Source: Terriglobia bacterium (lineage in GTDB: Bacteria; Acidobacteriota; UBA6911). Taken from it: a stretch of DNA of 64,000 nucleotides. Under the pieces are notes generated by a model, which saw only the letters and a list, made by a program, of their open reading frames with translations, searched no databases and was not told the DNA's origin. This document shows positions 21,103 through 30,148 of this stretch, one piece after another; the first letter of the stretch is position 1, and each line of letters begins with the position of its first letter. A program made the position numbers and the translations under genes. The stretch spans positions 64,592-128,591 of the forward strand of contig JAIQGI010000010.1 in assembly GCA_020072565.1 (NCBI GenBank), written 5' to 3'.

Positions 21103-22178
21103 CCTCGCGTGAGCTGGTGCGACGCACTCTCGAGTTCGCCTCGCCGCCGGCGGTGCCGCGGCAGATCTGGATTTTGCCGTGGGCGGAACAGCATTACCCC
21201 GCCGCGGTTGCGAAACTGCGTGCTGAGTTTCCGGATGACATCGTGACCGCGCCGGCGCTCTATCGCGCGCCGCTGCCGATCGTCGGCAATCGCTACGAGA
21301 GGGGCATTTATATCGATGAGTGGGGCTGCCGATTTACGAACATCCACGGGGGCGTCATCGGAATCGTCAAGGAGCCGGTTGTCCGCGGCTGGGATGATCT
21401 TGATCATTTCCGTACGCCGGACGCCACCTTGGCTGTCGACCGCGGGGGTGTCAACGGCTTCTGCCGGAACACCGACCGCTTCGTGCTCGCCGGCACCCTG
21501 GTGCGTCCGTTCGAACGCCTCACCTTCATCCGTACTATGGAGCAGGCTTTGATGGACCTGGCAGAGCAGCCGCCCGAGTTGTTCCACCTGTTGGGACGCA
21601 TCCACAACCACTATCTGAGAGAGGTCGAGGCGTGGGCTCGGACCGAAGTCGACGCCATCGTGTTGATGGACGACTGGGGCACACAGCAACGCATGATGAT
21701 CGCGCCGGACCTCTGGCGCCGGATTTTCAAGCCCTTTTACCGCGAATACAACGAGATCGCCCGCCGTCACGGCAAGTACGTGTTCATGCACTCGGACGGC
21801 TATATCACCGACATCATTCCCGACCTCATCGAGGTCGGTGTGAATGCGCTCAACAGCCAGATCAAGTGCATGGGGGCGGTGGACCTGGGTCGGCGATTCC
21901 GCGGCCGGATCACCTTCTGGGGGGAGATGGACCGTCAGGAACTGCTCGCCTTCGGATCGACGGACGAAGTGCGACGCGCCGTCAGTGAAGCGCGTGCGAA
22001 CTTGTATGCGAACGGAGGTGTGATCGCCCAGTGCGAGTTCGGCCCCGGGGCAAAGCCCGAGAATGTATTCGCGGTCTTCCGCGCCTGGAGAGACCAGGAC
22101 GAGGCTCAGAGAATATTGATCGCAGATAAAGGCCCATCGCGGCCCGGTCCTTGCCACGATCCGCGTTCATCTGCGTAA
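21099..22178 (+). CDS. Uroporphyrinogen decarboxylase/MtaA-fold (URO-D family) protein 1
   Basis: MTSRELV start overlaps the upstream stop (ATGA). DEWG, MDDWGTQ, FMHSDG, FWGEMDRQ motifs. Confidence 0.88.
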   Translation: MTSRELVRRTLEFASPPAVPRQIWILPWAEQHYPAAVAKLRAEFPDDIVTAPALYRAPLPIVGNRYERGIYIDEWGCRFTNIHGGVIGIVKEPVVRGWDDLDHFRTPDATLAVDRGGVNGFCRNTDRFVLAGTLVRPFERLTFIRTMEQALMDLAEQPPELFHLLGRIHNHYLREVEAWARTEVDAIVLMDDWGTQQRMMIAPDLWRRIFKPFYREYNEIARRHGKYVFMHSDGYITDIIPDLIEVGVNALNSQIKCMGAVDLGRRFRGRITFWGEMDRQELLAFGSTDEVRRAVSEARANLYANGGVIAQCEFGPGAKPENVFAVFRAWRDQDEAQRILIADKGPSRPGPCHDPRSSA

Positions 22179-22190
22179 GGCTGCGGTTCT
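22120..22190. repeat. Periodic inverted repeat, REP-like family A, overlapping the 3' end of the URO-D gene
   Basis: CGCAGATAAA...ATCCGCGTTCATCTGCGTAAGGCTGCGG. Confidence 0.55.
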
Positions 22191-22219
22191 TTTCGAGGAC
22201 AGGAAAGGAGGAGTAGGCG

Positions 22220-24592
22220 ATGATGCAGGCGCACAAGGGAACAGTCTTCGCTCTGGTCCTGTTATCGGCCTTGGCAGTGCCGCCGTTGCTGCTTCACCAC
22301 GCGTCATCCGCAGTTCCGCAGGGCACGACGGTTCGAGCCGCGCCGGTCATCCCTCGCGATCGCTACCTCCAATACGCCCGCGCGGCCGCCGATTGGACGT
22401 GGGATCACCAGGGCGAAATCCTCAAGCAGTGGCGCGCGACTTTTGATCCGGAAAGCCCCTTCGGCTATCGGGCCCCCGGCGGCCTGATCGATATGGCTCT
22501 CATCTACTCCTATCTCTTCGAGAAGGAGGGCAATGCTGTCTACGCCGAGCGCGCGAAAAACGTGCTGCTCACCTATGGCGACTACCGCTCACAGTTCCCG
22601 GAGTCGGCTGCCAGGAAGCGACCCGACTACTCGAACGGCGTGCCGGCGCTGCCTGACTTTTTTGTCGTGATGCGGTTCGTGCGGGCCTACGATACGCTTC
22701 ACCGCCTGGGAAAGCTCTCAACCGCCGAAGCGGTCGCGGTGGAATCGCTGGTCGCGCACAGCATGGACTATCTGCTGCAGACATCCGAGTGGGGCACGAT
22801 GAACCGGACGATGTTGCGCGCCGAATCGCTGGCGTGGGCCGTACGGGCCATGAAGAACCATCCGCGCGCGGCCGCCTATGAGACCCAGCGCCGGGCGCTC
22901 GGCGACGATAACTGGGGCAACTGGGAGATCGAAGACGCGACCATCTATCACGGCGTCTGGGTCTACGCGCTGCTCGGCTACTCCGACGCGCTCGGTCGCA
23001 TGGACGAGCTCTTCAAGACACCCGAGTTTTATTACTACACCCACTACTTCCTGAATCTGATGTCGCCGGCGGCTGTCGTGCCCGATTTCGGCGACGCCCA
23101 GTGGACGTCGAACTGGCAGCACTTCCTGGTCTTCTTCGAGGCCGCGGCTGCACGGCTGAACGAGCCGACGATGAAATGGGCCGCGCAAGCGATCGCGGCG
23201 AAGTTCGTCGATTTCAAAAATCCTACGAGCGCGGGCCTCGGCTGCTTCCTGCTCGACGCGTATCGCTGGGGCCGCGACGATGTGGCGGCCACCCCGCCGG
23301 CAACATTGAGTGGGGAGGTCATGGAGGACGTGCAGGGCAAGAAAGTTGTGTTCCGCAACGGCTGGAGGCCCGATGCGACCTACCTCCTCCTCAATTACCG
23401 TGACGAGGGGGACGGCGGCCTGAACTTCCGCGATTATCTGCGTGATTCGATCCCGGTCGAGGAAGAGAAGATGACCCACGGCCATGCCGATGAAAACAGC
23501 GTCGTCCTCCTCATGTCGGGCGGGTCGGTGCTGCTTCACGACGGCGGGTACCGCGACTACATGCCGAGCGGGCCATTCGGTGCCTATCGGCAGGACTACT
23601 TCCACAACCGGCTGATAGTGCGCCCGGAAAAGATCTTCATGGGTCAGAAGGAGGGCGAACAGCGTTACAGCACGAAGGAGCCGGTGCCGGCGCAACCGCT
23701 CTTCGAGTTCCTGCGTGACGCGGGCTCGTATCGTCCGATTCGGACCAGAAAGGTCGACTTCCTGGCATTGCCCGAGTTCGACTACAGCCGGACCCGGCTC
23801 ATCGACGATGGCTGGAAATATGATTCAGATCGGGTGGTAGTGTATGTGAAGGACCCGGAAATGTTCGTCGTCTTCGACATCTTCAAGTCAGCGACCGCGG
23901 AGTACTTCACGCTGGCAAACCTCTGGCACACGCGGCAGATCCTGGCACGCGGCGAGCACTGGTATGACACCGTGTACGACGTGATCGGCACCGAGAAGCT
24001 CCCGACCGATCGGCGGTTGCTCATCTGCTTCCCACAGACCCATTACCGGCTCGAAGGCATCGAACCGGTGAAGCGGCACTACCAGGATGAACAGACGATT
24101 TACCAGATGACCGCCAGTCATTTCGAGCCGACCCACACCGAGGGCTTCGTAACCGTCCTTGTCCCGCACGGGAAAGACCAATCGCCTTCGACCCTGGTGG
24201 ACCGCCTGCGCTTCATCGAGACCGTCCCCGCGCGCACGGGCATGGCTGTGAGGATCGAAGCCGGAGGCCGCGTGATCACCGTCGGCGTCAAGAACGACCT
24301 GCGCATGGACATCGCGCGGGACTGGCGCCGGCCGCGGTATGTCTATGAAAAAGGGAAGATCGCGTACGGATCGCTAGAAACGGACGGTGACCTGGTGTTC
24401 GCTTCGGAAAACAAGGGAGAACTCTCGTACACCATTGTCAATATGACGAGAGCGCAGCGCGGTGAGCAGGTGCTCTTTCAGAACGGCCAGTCGTTCCACG
24501 GCTTGCCTTTCGACGCGTCGACCGATACCGGCGGCGTCGACAAGGTGCGTTACTGGCGCGACACCGTGAGGATTGACACCCGTGGCAAGTGA
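22220..24592 (+). CDS. Secreted heparinase II/III-like (alpha/alpha toroid plus beta-sandwich) lyase-fold protein
   Basis: Signal peptide, PDFGD, VFRNGW, HGHADENS, HDGGY, FHNRL motifs. AGGAGG RBS. Confidence 0.75.
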   Translation: MMQAHKGTVFALVLLSALAVPPLLLHHASSAVPQGTTVRAAPVIPRDRYLQYARAAADWTWDHQGEILKQWRATFDPESPFGYRAPGGLIDMALIYSYLFEKEGNAVYAERAKNVLLTYGDYRSQFPESAARKRPDYSNGVPALPDFFVVMRFVRAYDTLHRLGKLSTAEAVAVESLVAHSMDYLLQTSEWGTMNRTMLRAESLAWAVRAMKNHPRAAAYETQRRALGDDNWGNWEIEDATIYHGVWVYALLGYSDALGRMDELFKTPEFYYYTHYFLNLMSPAAVVPDFGDAQWTSNWQHFLVFFEAAAARLNEPTMKWAAQAIAAKFVDFKNPTSAGLGCFLLDAYRWGRDDVAATPPATLSGEVMEDVQGKKVVFRNGWRPDATYLLLNYRDEGDGGLNFRDYLRDSIPVEEEKMTHGHADENSVVLLMSGGSVLLHDGGYRDYMPSGPFGAYRQDYFHNRLIVRPEKIFMGQKEGEQRYSTKEPVPAQPLFEFLRDAGSYRPIRTRKVDFLALPEFDYSRTRLIDDGWKYDSDRVVVYVKDPEMFVVFDIFKSATAEYFTLANLWHTRQILARGEHWYDTVYDVIGTEKLPTDRRLLICFPQTHYRLEGIEPVKRHYQDEQTIYQMTASHFEPTHTEGFVTVLVPHGKDQSPSTLVDRLRFIETVPARTGMAVRIEAGGRVITVGVKNDLRMDIARDWRRPRYVYEKGKIAYGSLETDGDLVFASENKGELSYTIVNMTRAQRGEQVLFQNGQSFHGLPFDASTDTGGVDKVRYWRDTVRIDTRGK

Positions 24593-26165
24593 GACCCGAA
24601 TCCGGACCGGCCGGCGCGAGTTCGACGAATTGTATCCGCTCGTGCGCTCGTTCCTCGAGCGCGACATCCTGGATCTGTCAATCGACGGGCAGCGCATCCG
24701 GGGGTACAGGTCGGCGGACACGCGCTCGATCTGGATCCGCGACCATGGCGACATGATGCGGACGTTCCGATACTTCGAGCGCGACGTGACCAGCGCCATC
24801 CGGCACTTCTCGGAGACCCAGGCGGAGAGCGGCCGCATCTTCGATTACTTCACTACCTTCCCGGAGAAGCTGCCGAGCGAACGGGAGAACTGGACCAAGT
24901 ACGTGCGCGTGCCGGTCGAAGCCGATGTCGAGTACCGCTTCGTCAAGGCCGCGTGGCTCGCGTGGCAGGCAACGGGCGACGATGCCTGGATTCGACAGCT
25001 GATGCCCCGGATGGAGAAGGCGCTGGCCTACATCACATCGCACCCGTGGTACTGGGACCGCATCCGCGGCCTGGTGAAGCGGGCCTACACGATCGACACC
25101 TGGGACTTCGCTTACACGGCAGGCCGACATGACTGGCTCCAGTTTCAGATCACCGACGACACGTTCTGGGGCATCCTGCACGGCGACAACAGCGGCTACT
25201 ATCAAGCGTTTCTCATCATGGCGGCGTTATGGCGGCGGTTCGGCGAGCAGGCGCGGGCTGGCGAGTGGGAGGCGCGCGCTGCAACCTTGCGCGACAATCT
25301 GAACCGGATTTGTTGGAACGGCCGTTTCTACACCCACTTCGTAAAGATTACTGACGCCGTGATCCCCGGCGTGGACGAAGCGGAGCAGCTCAGCCTGAGC
25401 AATCCGATGGATATCAATCGCGGGGCGGCAACCCACGAGCAAGCGGTCTCGATCCTGCGCGAGTATCAGCGCAGGCGGGATGAACGCCGGGCGTTCGCCG
25501 AGTGGTTCTCAATCGACCCGCCGTTTCCCGACGGAGTGTTCGGCGATGAGCGCCTCGTGCGTGGCGCGTACTGCAACGGCGGCATCATGCCGCTCGTCGG
25601 AGGAGAGCTGGCGCGGGCTGCGCTCGGGCACGGGTTCGAGGCATACGGCGTGGACATCCTGCGCCGGTATTTCGACCTGGTGTCGAAAACGGGCTCAACC
25701 TACCTCTGGTATTTTCCGGACGGCAGGCCGAGCAGCATAGAGACCAGCACGAGTCCGGAAGCGTCTCCGACAGACGGCTGGGGATCGAGTGCGATGTGCT
25801 GGGCACTGACAGAAGGCCTGGCAGGGGTCGTGGATCGAGGCCGGGGATTTGACTGTGTGGAAATCTCGCCGCGCTGGCCGGCGGCCGGCATCGAGGAGGC
25901 GGAAGTTTCAGTCGGCTACGAATGCTCGGAGCGCGGCATCGCCTACCAGGTGCGCGTGCTGCCGGACAAGATCGTGCTCACGGTCGATGCAGATGGATCG
26001 GAAGCCGGATTGCACGTGCTGTTGCCAGCCGGAGCGGAACCACGGGCAGTCCGATGCAACGGGCATGACGTGCCGTTCCACGCCGTGACGGTTGAGCAGA
26101 GCCGTTACGCGGATTTTGATGCCGCCGTCCGAGGAACTGCCCAATTTGAGATTCCGTTTCGTTGA
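24582..26165 (+). CDS. Six-hairpin glycosidase-like protein (GH78/GH63/GDE-like fold)
   Basis: WIRDH, EADVE, WQATGDDAW, YCNGGIMP, GWGSSAM..AL.EGLAGV. The GTG start overlaps the upstream gene. Confidence 0.72.
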   Translation: MASETRIRTGRREFDELYPLVRSFLERDILDLSIDGQRIRGYRSADTRSIWIRDHGDMMRTFRYFERDVTSAIRHFSETQAESGRIFDYFTTFPEKLPSERENWTKYVRVPVEADVEYRFVKAAWLAWQATGDDAWIRQLMPRMEKALAYITSHPWYWDRIRGLVKRAYTIDTWDFAYTAGRHDWLQFQITDDTFWGILHGDNSGYYQAFLIMAALWRRFGEQARAGEWEARAATLRDNLNRICWNGRFYTHFVKITDAVIPGVDEAEQLSLSNPMDINRGAATHEQAVSILREYQRRRDERRAFAEWFSIDPPFPDGVFGDERLVRGAYCNGGIMPLVGGELARAALGHGFEAYGVDILRRYFDLVSKTGSTYLWYFPDGRPSSIETSTSPEASPTDGWGSSAMCWALTEGLAGVVDRGRGFDCVEISPRWPAAGIEEAEVSVGYECSERGIAYQVRVLPDKIVLTVDADGSEAGLHVLLPAGAEPRAVRCNGHDVPFHAVTVEQSRYADFDAAVRGTAQFEIPFR

Positions 26166-26189
26166 ATATTGCCCGCGAGTCGTGCGCTC

Positions 26190-26270
26190 CTTGGAGCCTG
26201 CGAGTCCTGGGGTCCTTGGGATGGCACCTAATCCTGGCCTCAAAAACTCAAAGACCCTGAGACTCCAAGT
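26190..26270. repeat. Periodic (8-bp) degenerate inverted repeat, REP-like family A
   Basis: CTTGGAGCCTGCGAGTCCTGGGGTCCTTGG...CTCAAAAACTCAAAGACCCTGAGACTCCAAG. Confidence 0.65.
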
Positions 26271-26306
26271 CTCGGAGGCTCATGACAGAAAGCCCAGGGA
26301 TTGACT

Positions 26307-28613
26307 ATGACTGTTGCTGAAGCGTTGAAGATGATCCGCCAGGTCCTGATACAGGCTGATGCATCCGAGGTGTTTGAGACGGCCGCCCGAGCTATCGCAT
26401 GCCGCAGCGGCGCGACCGTAGTCAGGCGCGGGCGGATCACTGGGCGCCGGTCGGCCGGCCTTTTCCAACTCGTGGACGCACCGGAACGGTCCAGAGGCGC
26501 TGAGCACGAGCGGGTCGTGATCCGGCTGCGCCGGGATGGATCAGGCATGCTCTCCGCCACTCACAACCGCTTTCTCTTCGCCGCCGTTTCGTACATGCTT
26601 GACGTTCTTGCCGACCACGATTTGAAAGAACTCGAGGATGGCCTCACGCTCACACCGGCGTTTTCGTGGAACCGTCCCTGCTACGACCTCTTCCTCACAC
26701 AGGAAGGCCGCATTCAACACGGCCTGAGCCGCGAGACCTACGTGCGCCGCCTGGCTGAGTGCGGTTTCACCCACCTGGAAGTGAACGGCCTCGCCTTCCC
26801 CATGGGGTTTGAGAGGGGACCGAAGGGAGAGGTGTACCCGATGTTTTACACCTATTGTCCAGCGCTCGATCAGTTCGTCTACTCGAAGTTGAACAAGGGC
26901 CTCTATCCGTTCTACTACCTCTCGGCGAACCTCGCCTATCTGAAGGAGAACGCAGCCCTCGCGCGCAAATTCGGCCTCGTGCCGGGACTGCTGTGCTTCG
27001 AACCGCGGACCGTCCCCGAGGAGTTCTTCACGCGTTATCCCATGCTGCGTGGCGCCCGCGTGGATCACCCGTTCCGCTCCTTCAAGCCTCGCTTTACGCT
27101 GACCATCACCCACCCGCTCGTGCGGGAGCACTACGCCGAGATGATCACAAAGCTGCTCCGCGAGGTCCCTGAGCTGGGTTACCTCACAATCTGGACCAAT
27201 GACAGCGGCTCCGGCTTCGAACACACGAAGTCGCTCTATGTGGGACGCAACGGCGGCGCCTATATGATCCGCGAGTGGAAGGACGACGCGGAGATCGCGC
27301 GGGTTGCAGGAGAATGGGCGCTCACTTTTTTCCGCGGGCTGCGAGATGCCGCACGACGGGTCAACCCGGACTTCCGCGTCATCACCCGCCTCGAATCGTT
27401 CTATGGCGAGCACGACACTATCTGGCGCGGGCTCGAGACGGGCGTCGATGTCGAGACGGCTTCGCTCATAGCGCGCGGCTGGGATATGCCGTACACGCAC
27501 CCGCGCTATCCCGACTCCAAGCAGATCAACGGCGGATCCGTCTACCAACTCCGATTTGCCAGGCGCGAACGGATGCAGATGGCCGAACTCGAAGGCCGCT
27601 CCGCCGACGTCCATTTCTACTTTGCAGCCGGACCACACCAGATGTTCGCTCCGCTCATCGGGGTTCCGTATCCTCGGCTGACACACCGCCGCCTGAAGCT
27701 GCTCCGTAACAACGGCGTGCGTCACCTCGCCCAGATCGGCGGGACCTTTCCGCCCGAACTCGTACCCTGGAACATCAATCATGAAGTGCTCAGGCGGTTC
27801 CAGCTCGACCCGGCAACGAAGATGGACAAGGAGGTGGAAGGACTTGCGCGCCGCTGGGCCGGCAGAGAGCTGGCGCCGATGCTGCTGCGTGCCTGGAGTC
27901 TGGCAGAGGAAGCGATGCTCGCCTTTCCCAATATCTCCACGCTGTATTCGACGATCGGCTTTACGTGGTACCGCCTGTGGGTGCGGCCGTTGGTGCCGAA
28001 TATCGAGGCAATTCCGCGGAAGGATCGGGCGTACTATGAAGACTTCATGTGTACGACGCCGCACAACCCGAACAACGTCGACCTGAGCCGCGACGTCCTC
28101 TTTCGGCTGACCACCGCAGAGAAAAGCCGTCTCGACGTGGCGCGGATTGACGGGGGCGTCTGGCCTGCTCTGGACAAAGCGATCGGGCTGCTGGAATCCG
28201 CGGCGGGTAGGGCCGGTGCGATTCTGGGGAAGGCCAACGTGATCGAGGACCAGACCGTCCGGCTGAAGGCCCTCCGCTGCTGGATCATGACGCAGCGCAA
28301 CGTGGCGGCATGGATTGCGGGTGTTTACGGATGGATGGAGGCCAAGTCCGCGGCTGGAAAGCGCAGGCACCGGGTGCTGCTCGGCAATATGATGCGCATG
28401 GAGATAGCGAACAGCGAGGCGCTGCTGCGCCTGTTCGATTCGGGCGTCGAATTCATGACGACGACCGATTTTGGCGAGACGCCGCTCATGCACGGCCGCA
28501 ATCTCAAGGAGCTGCTGCGGAGGCGTATCGCGCTCATGGAGCGCCATATCGATGACGATCCGTTCATAGATCACGACTACATGATGCGCATGGCAGGCCG
28601 CATCATGCAGTGA
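26307..28613 (+). CDS. Hypothetical protein, possible novel glycoside hydrolase-like TIM barrel
   Basis: 768-aa ORF in operon context with typical codon usage. Central YLTIWTNDSGSG segment. No family recognised with certainty. Confidence 0.8.
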   Translation: MTVAEALKMIRQVLIQADASEVFETAARAIACRSGATVVRRGRITGRRSAGLFQLVDAPERSRGAEHERVVIRLRRDGSGMLSATHNRFLFAAVSYMLDVLADHDLKELEDGLTLTPAFSWNRPCYDLFLTQEGRIQHGLSRETYVRRLAECGFTHLEVNGLAFPMGFERGPKGEVYPMFYTYCPALDQFVYSKLNKGLYPFYYLSANLAYLKENAALARKFGLVPGLLCFEPRTVPEEFFTRYPMLRGARVDHPFRSFKPRFTLTITHPLVREHYAEMITKLLREVPELGYLTIWTNDSGSGFEHTKSLYVGRNGGAYMIREWKDDAEIARVAGEWALTFFRGLRDAARRVNPDFRVITRLESFYGEHDTIWRGLETGVDVETASLIARGWDMPYTHPRYPDSKQINGGSVYQLRFARRERMQMAELEGRSADVHFYFAAGPHQMFAPLIGVPYPRLTHRRLKLLRNNGVRHLAQIGGTFPPELVPWNINHEVLRRFQLDPATKMDKEVEGLARRWAGRELAPMLLRAWSLAEEAMLAFPNISTLYSTIGFTWYRLWVRPLVPNIEAIPRKDRAYYEDFMCTTPHNPNNVDLSRDVLFRLTTAEKSRLDVARIDGGVWPALDKAIGLLESAAGRAGAILGKANVIEDQTVRLKALRCWIMTQRNVAAWIAGVYGWMEAKSAAGKRRHRVLLGNMMRMEIANSEALLRLFDSGVEFMTTTDFGETPLMHGRNLKELLRRRIALMERHIDDDPFIDHDYMMRMAGRIMQ

Positions 28614-28627
28614 CTGAACAGTAACCG

Positions 28628-28661
28628 GAACACGACAACAATCTTCCGTGTGTTTCGTGGC
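28628..28661. repeat. Degenerate REP-like family A copy
   Basis: GAACACGAC...TTCCGTGTGTTTCGTGGC just after a stop codon. Confidence 0.5.
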
Positions 28662-28677
28662 TTCCAGCGGGAAATCG

Positions 28678-29775
28678 ATGAATTCTCGAGAGCGCCTTCT
28701 TGCGGCATTGGATCGGCAGGTGCCGGATCGCCTGCCGGCGACGACGCATCACCTGATGCCGTCGTTCCTGGCGGGTAGGGGCGGCATCAGTGAGCGAGAA
28801 TTCTTCGACCGCTTCGGCCTCGACGCGATCCGTTGGGTTACGGGCCTGCGCCGCGATGCGACGGGATCTGTCAGAGACTGGCGGGTCGAGCGCGAGGACC
28901 TCCCGGCTCCCCACTACCTCACAACGCGTTTCCACATTATCACCCCGCACGGCTCGCTTTCCATGGTGCTTCAGAACGATGGGCGGACAGATTGGGTGAG
29001 GGAGCGCCTGATCAAAAAGAAGAACGACATCGACCTGATCGCACGTTATGCACCCATCCCTCTCTGCGATACCGAGCAGGTGCAACGTGAGGCCGCCGCC
29101 TTCGGCGCGCGCGGCATCGTGCGCGGTGCCGTCCCCGGCTTCCCGATCTACGGCCAGCCGGGCTGCTGGCAGGACGCAGCCGTGCTCTTCGGCATCGAGG
29201 AGCTGATTGTGGAGACATTCGATGATCCCGCGTGGGTAACCGAGTTGCTGGCCATCCTTCAGCACCGCAAGCTCGTCTGGATCGAATCGGCGCTGGGTGC
29301 GCCCTTTGATCTTCTCGAACTCGGCGGCGGCGACGCCTCCTCTACGGTCATCTCCCCGGCGCTATTCGATCGCTTCGTCGCCCCGTTTGACATACCGCTC
29401 ATCGCCGCCGCGCACCAGGCCGGCCTGCGCATCGTGTATCACACATGTGGCGGGATGATGCCCATACTCGAGCGACTCGTCGAAATGGGACCCGACGCGA
29501 TGGAGACGTTCACACCGCGATCGATGGGCGGAGACGCCGATCTGCGCCAAGCGAAGCAGCGCATCGGCCGGCGCGTCTGCATGATCGGCGGCTTCGACCA
29601 GTTCCACCACTTCGTTGCCTGCACACCGGAAGAAACCCGCCGGGCAGTGCGCGCCTGCTTCGAAGAGGCCGGACAGGGCGGCGGTTACATCCTGGCGCCC
29701 TCCGACCACTTCTTCCAGGCCGATGAAGCGCTCCTGCGCGCATATGGCGATGAGGCTGGATCCTGCAGGTATTGA
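28678..29775 (+). CDS. URO-D/MtaA-fold protein 2
   Basis: MNSRERLLAAL..Q.PDRLP, GGGDAS..VISP..F, YHTCGG, CMIGGFDQ, GGYILAPSDH. Confidence 0.9.
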   Translation: MNSRERLLAALDRQVPDRLPATTHHLMPSFLAGRGGISEREFFDRFGLDAIRWVTGLRRDATGSVRDWRVEREDLPAPHYLTTRFHIITPHGSLSMVLQNDGRTDWVRERLIKKKNDIDLIARYAPIPLCDTEQVQREAAAFGARGIVRGAVPGFPIYGQPGCWQDAAVLFGIEELIVETFDDPAWVTELLAILQHRKLVWIESALGAPFDLLELGGGDASSTVISPALFDRFVAPFDIPLIAAAHQAGLRIVYHTCGGMMPILERLVEMGPDAMETFTPRSMGGDADLRQAKQRIGRRVCMIGGFDQFHHFVACTPEETRRAVRACFEEAGQGGGYILAPSDHFFQADEALLRAYGDEAGSCRY

Positions 29776-29912
29776 CGGCCTCTACGGACGCGTCTCGCCG
29801 CGGAAAATCATGAGCGAAGTGATTCGCGAGCGACCTGGACCGGCCCGCCCCCGCCGTGCCGCGATGCCAAAGCGCTACTCGCACAGCCTCCTGTGCCCGC
29901 GCTCGGGGAATC

Positions 29913-29927
29913 CGTGAAATATTTTCA
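29913..29927. promoter_or_regulatory. AT-rich near-palindrome, candidate operator
   Basis: GTGAAATATTTTCAC. Confidence 0.35.
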
Positions 29928-30148
29928 CAAAGTCGGCACCCCGCGGCATTGTTTTTGTGTATCATCCCAAGGATGGCGGACACCGGAAGCGCCAGCAGAT
30001 TACGCCGGATCCCTACTTTTTCCGCGCCGCACGTTCGTCGTCAGCGGGATTCGATCCTCGAACGCACTCTAATTAGATTTTTTTAACTTTATGCATCACT
30101 GCACAGGATCCAGGGATTGATGCGGAGGGCGATCCTCAGGAAAACACC

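Noticed and set aside
21099..22178. Heme biosynthesis hemE
   Set aside because: Lacks the HemE N-terminal W.MRQAGR motif and sits in a sugar-catabolic context.
26541..28574. 677-aa antisense ORF
   Set aside because: Mirror frame of the plus-strand gene, which fits the operon direction and spacing.
30040..30065. GGGATTCGATCC, possible tRNA-end att site before the low-GC GNAT gene
   Set aside because: Too degenerate, with no second copy and no integrase.
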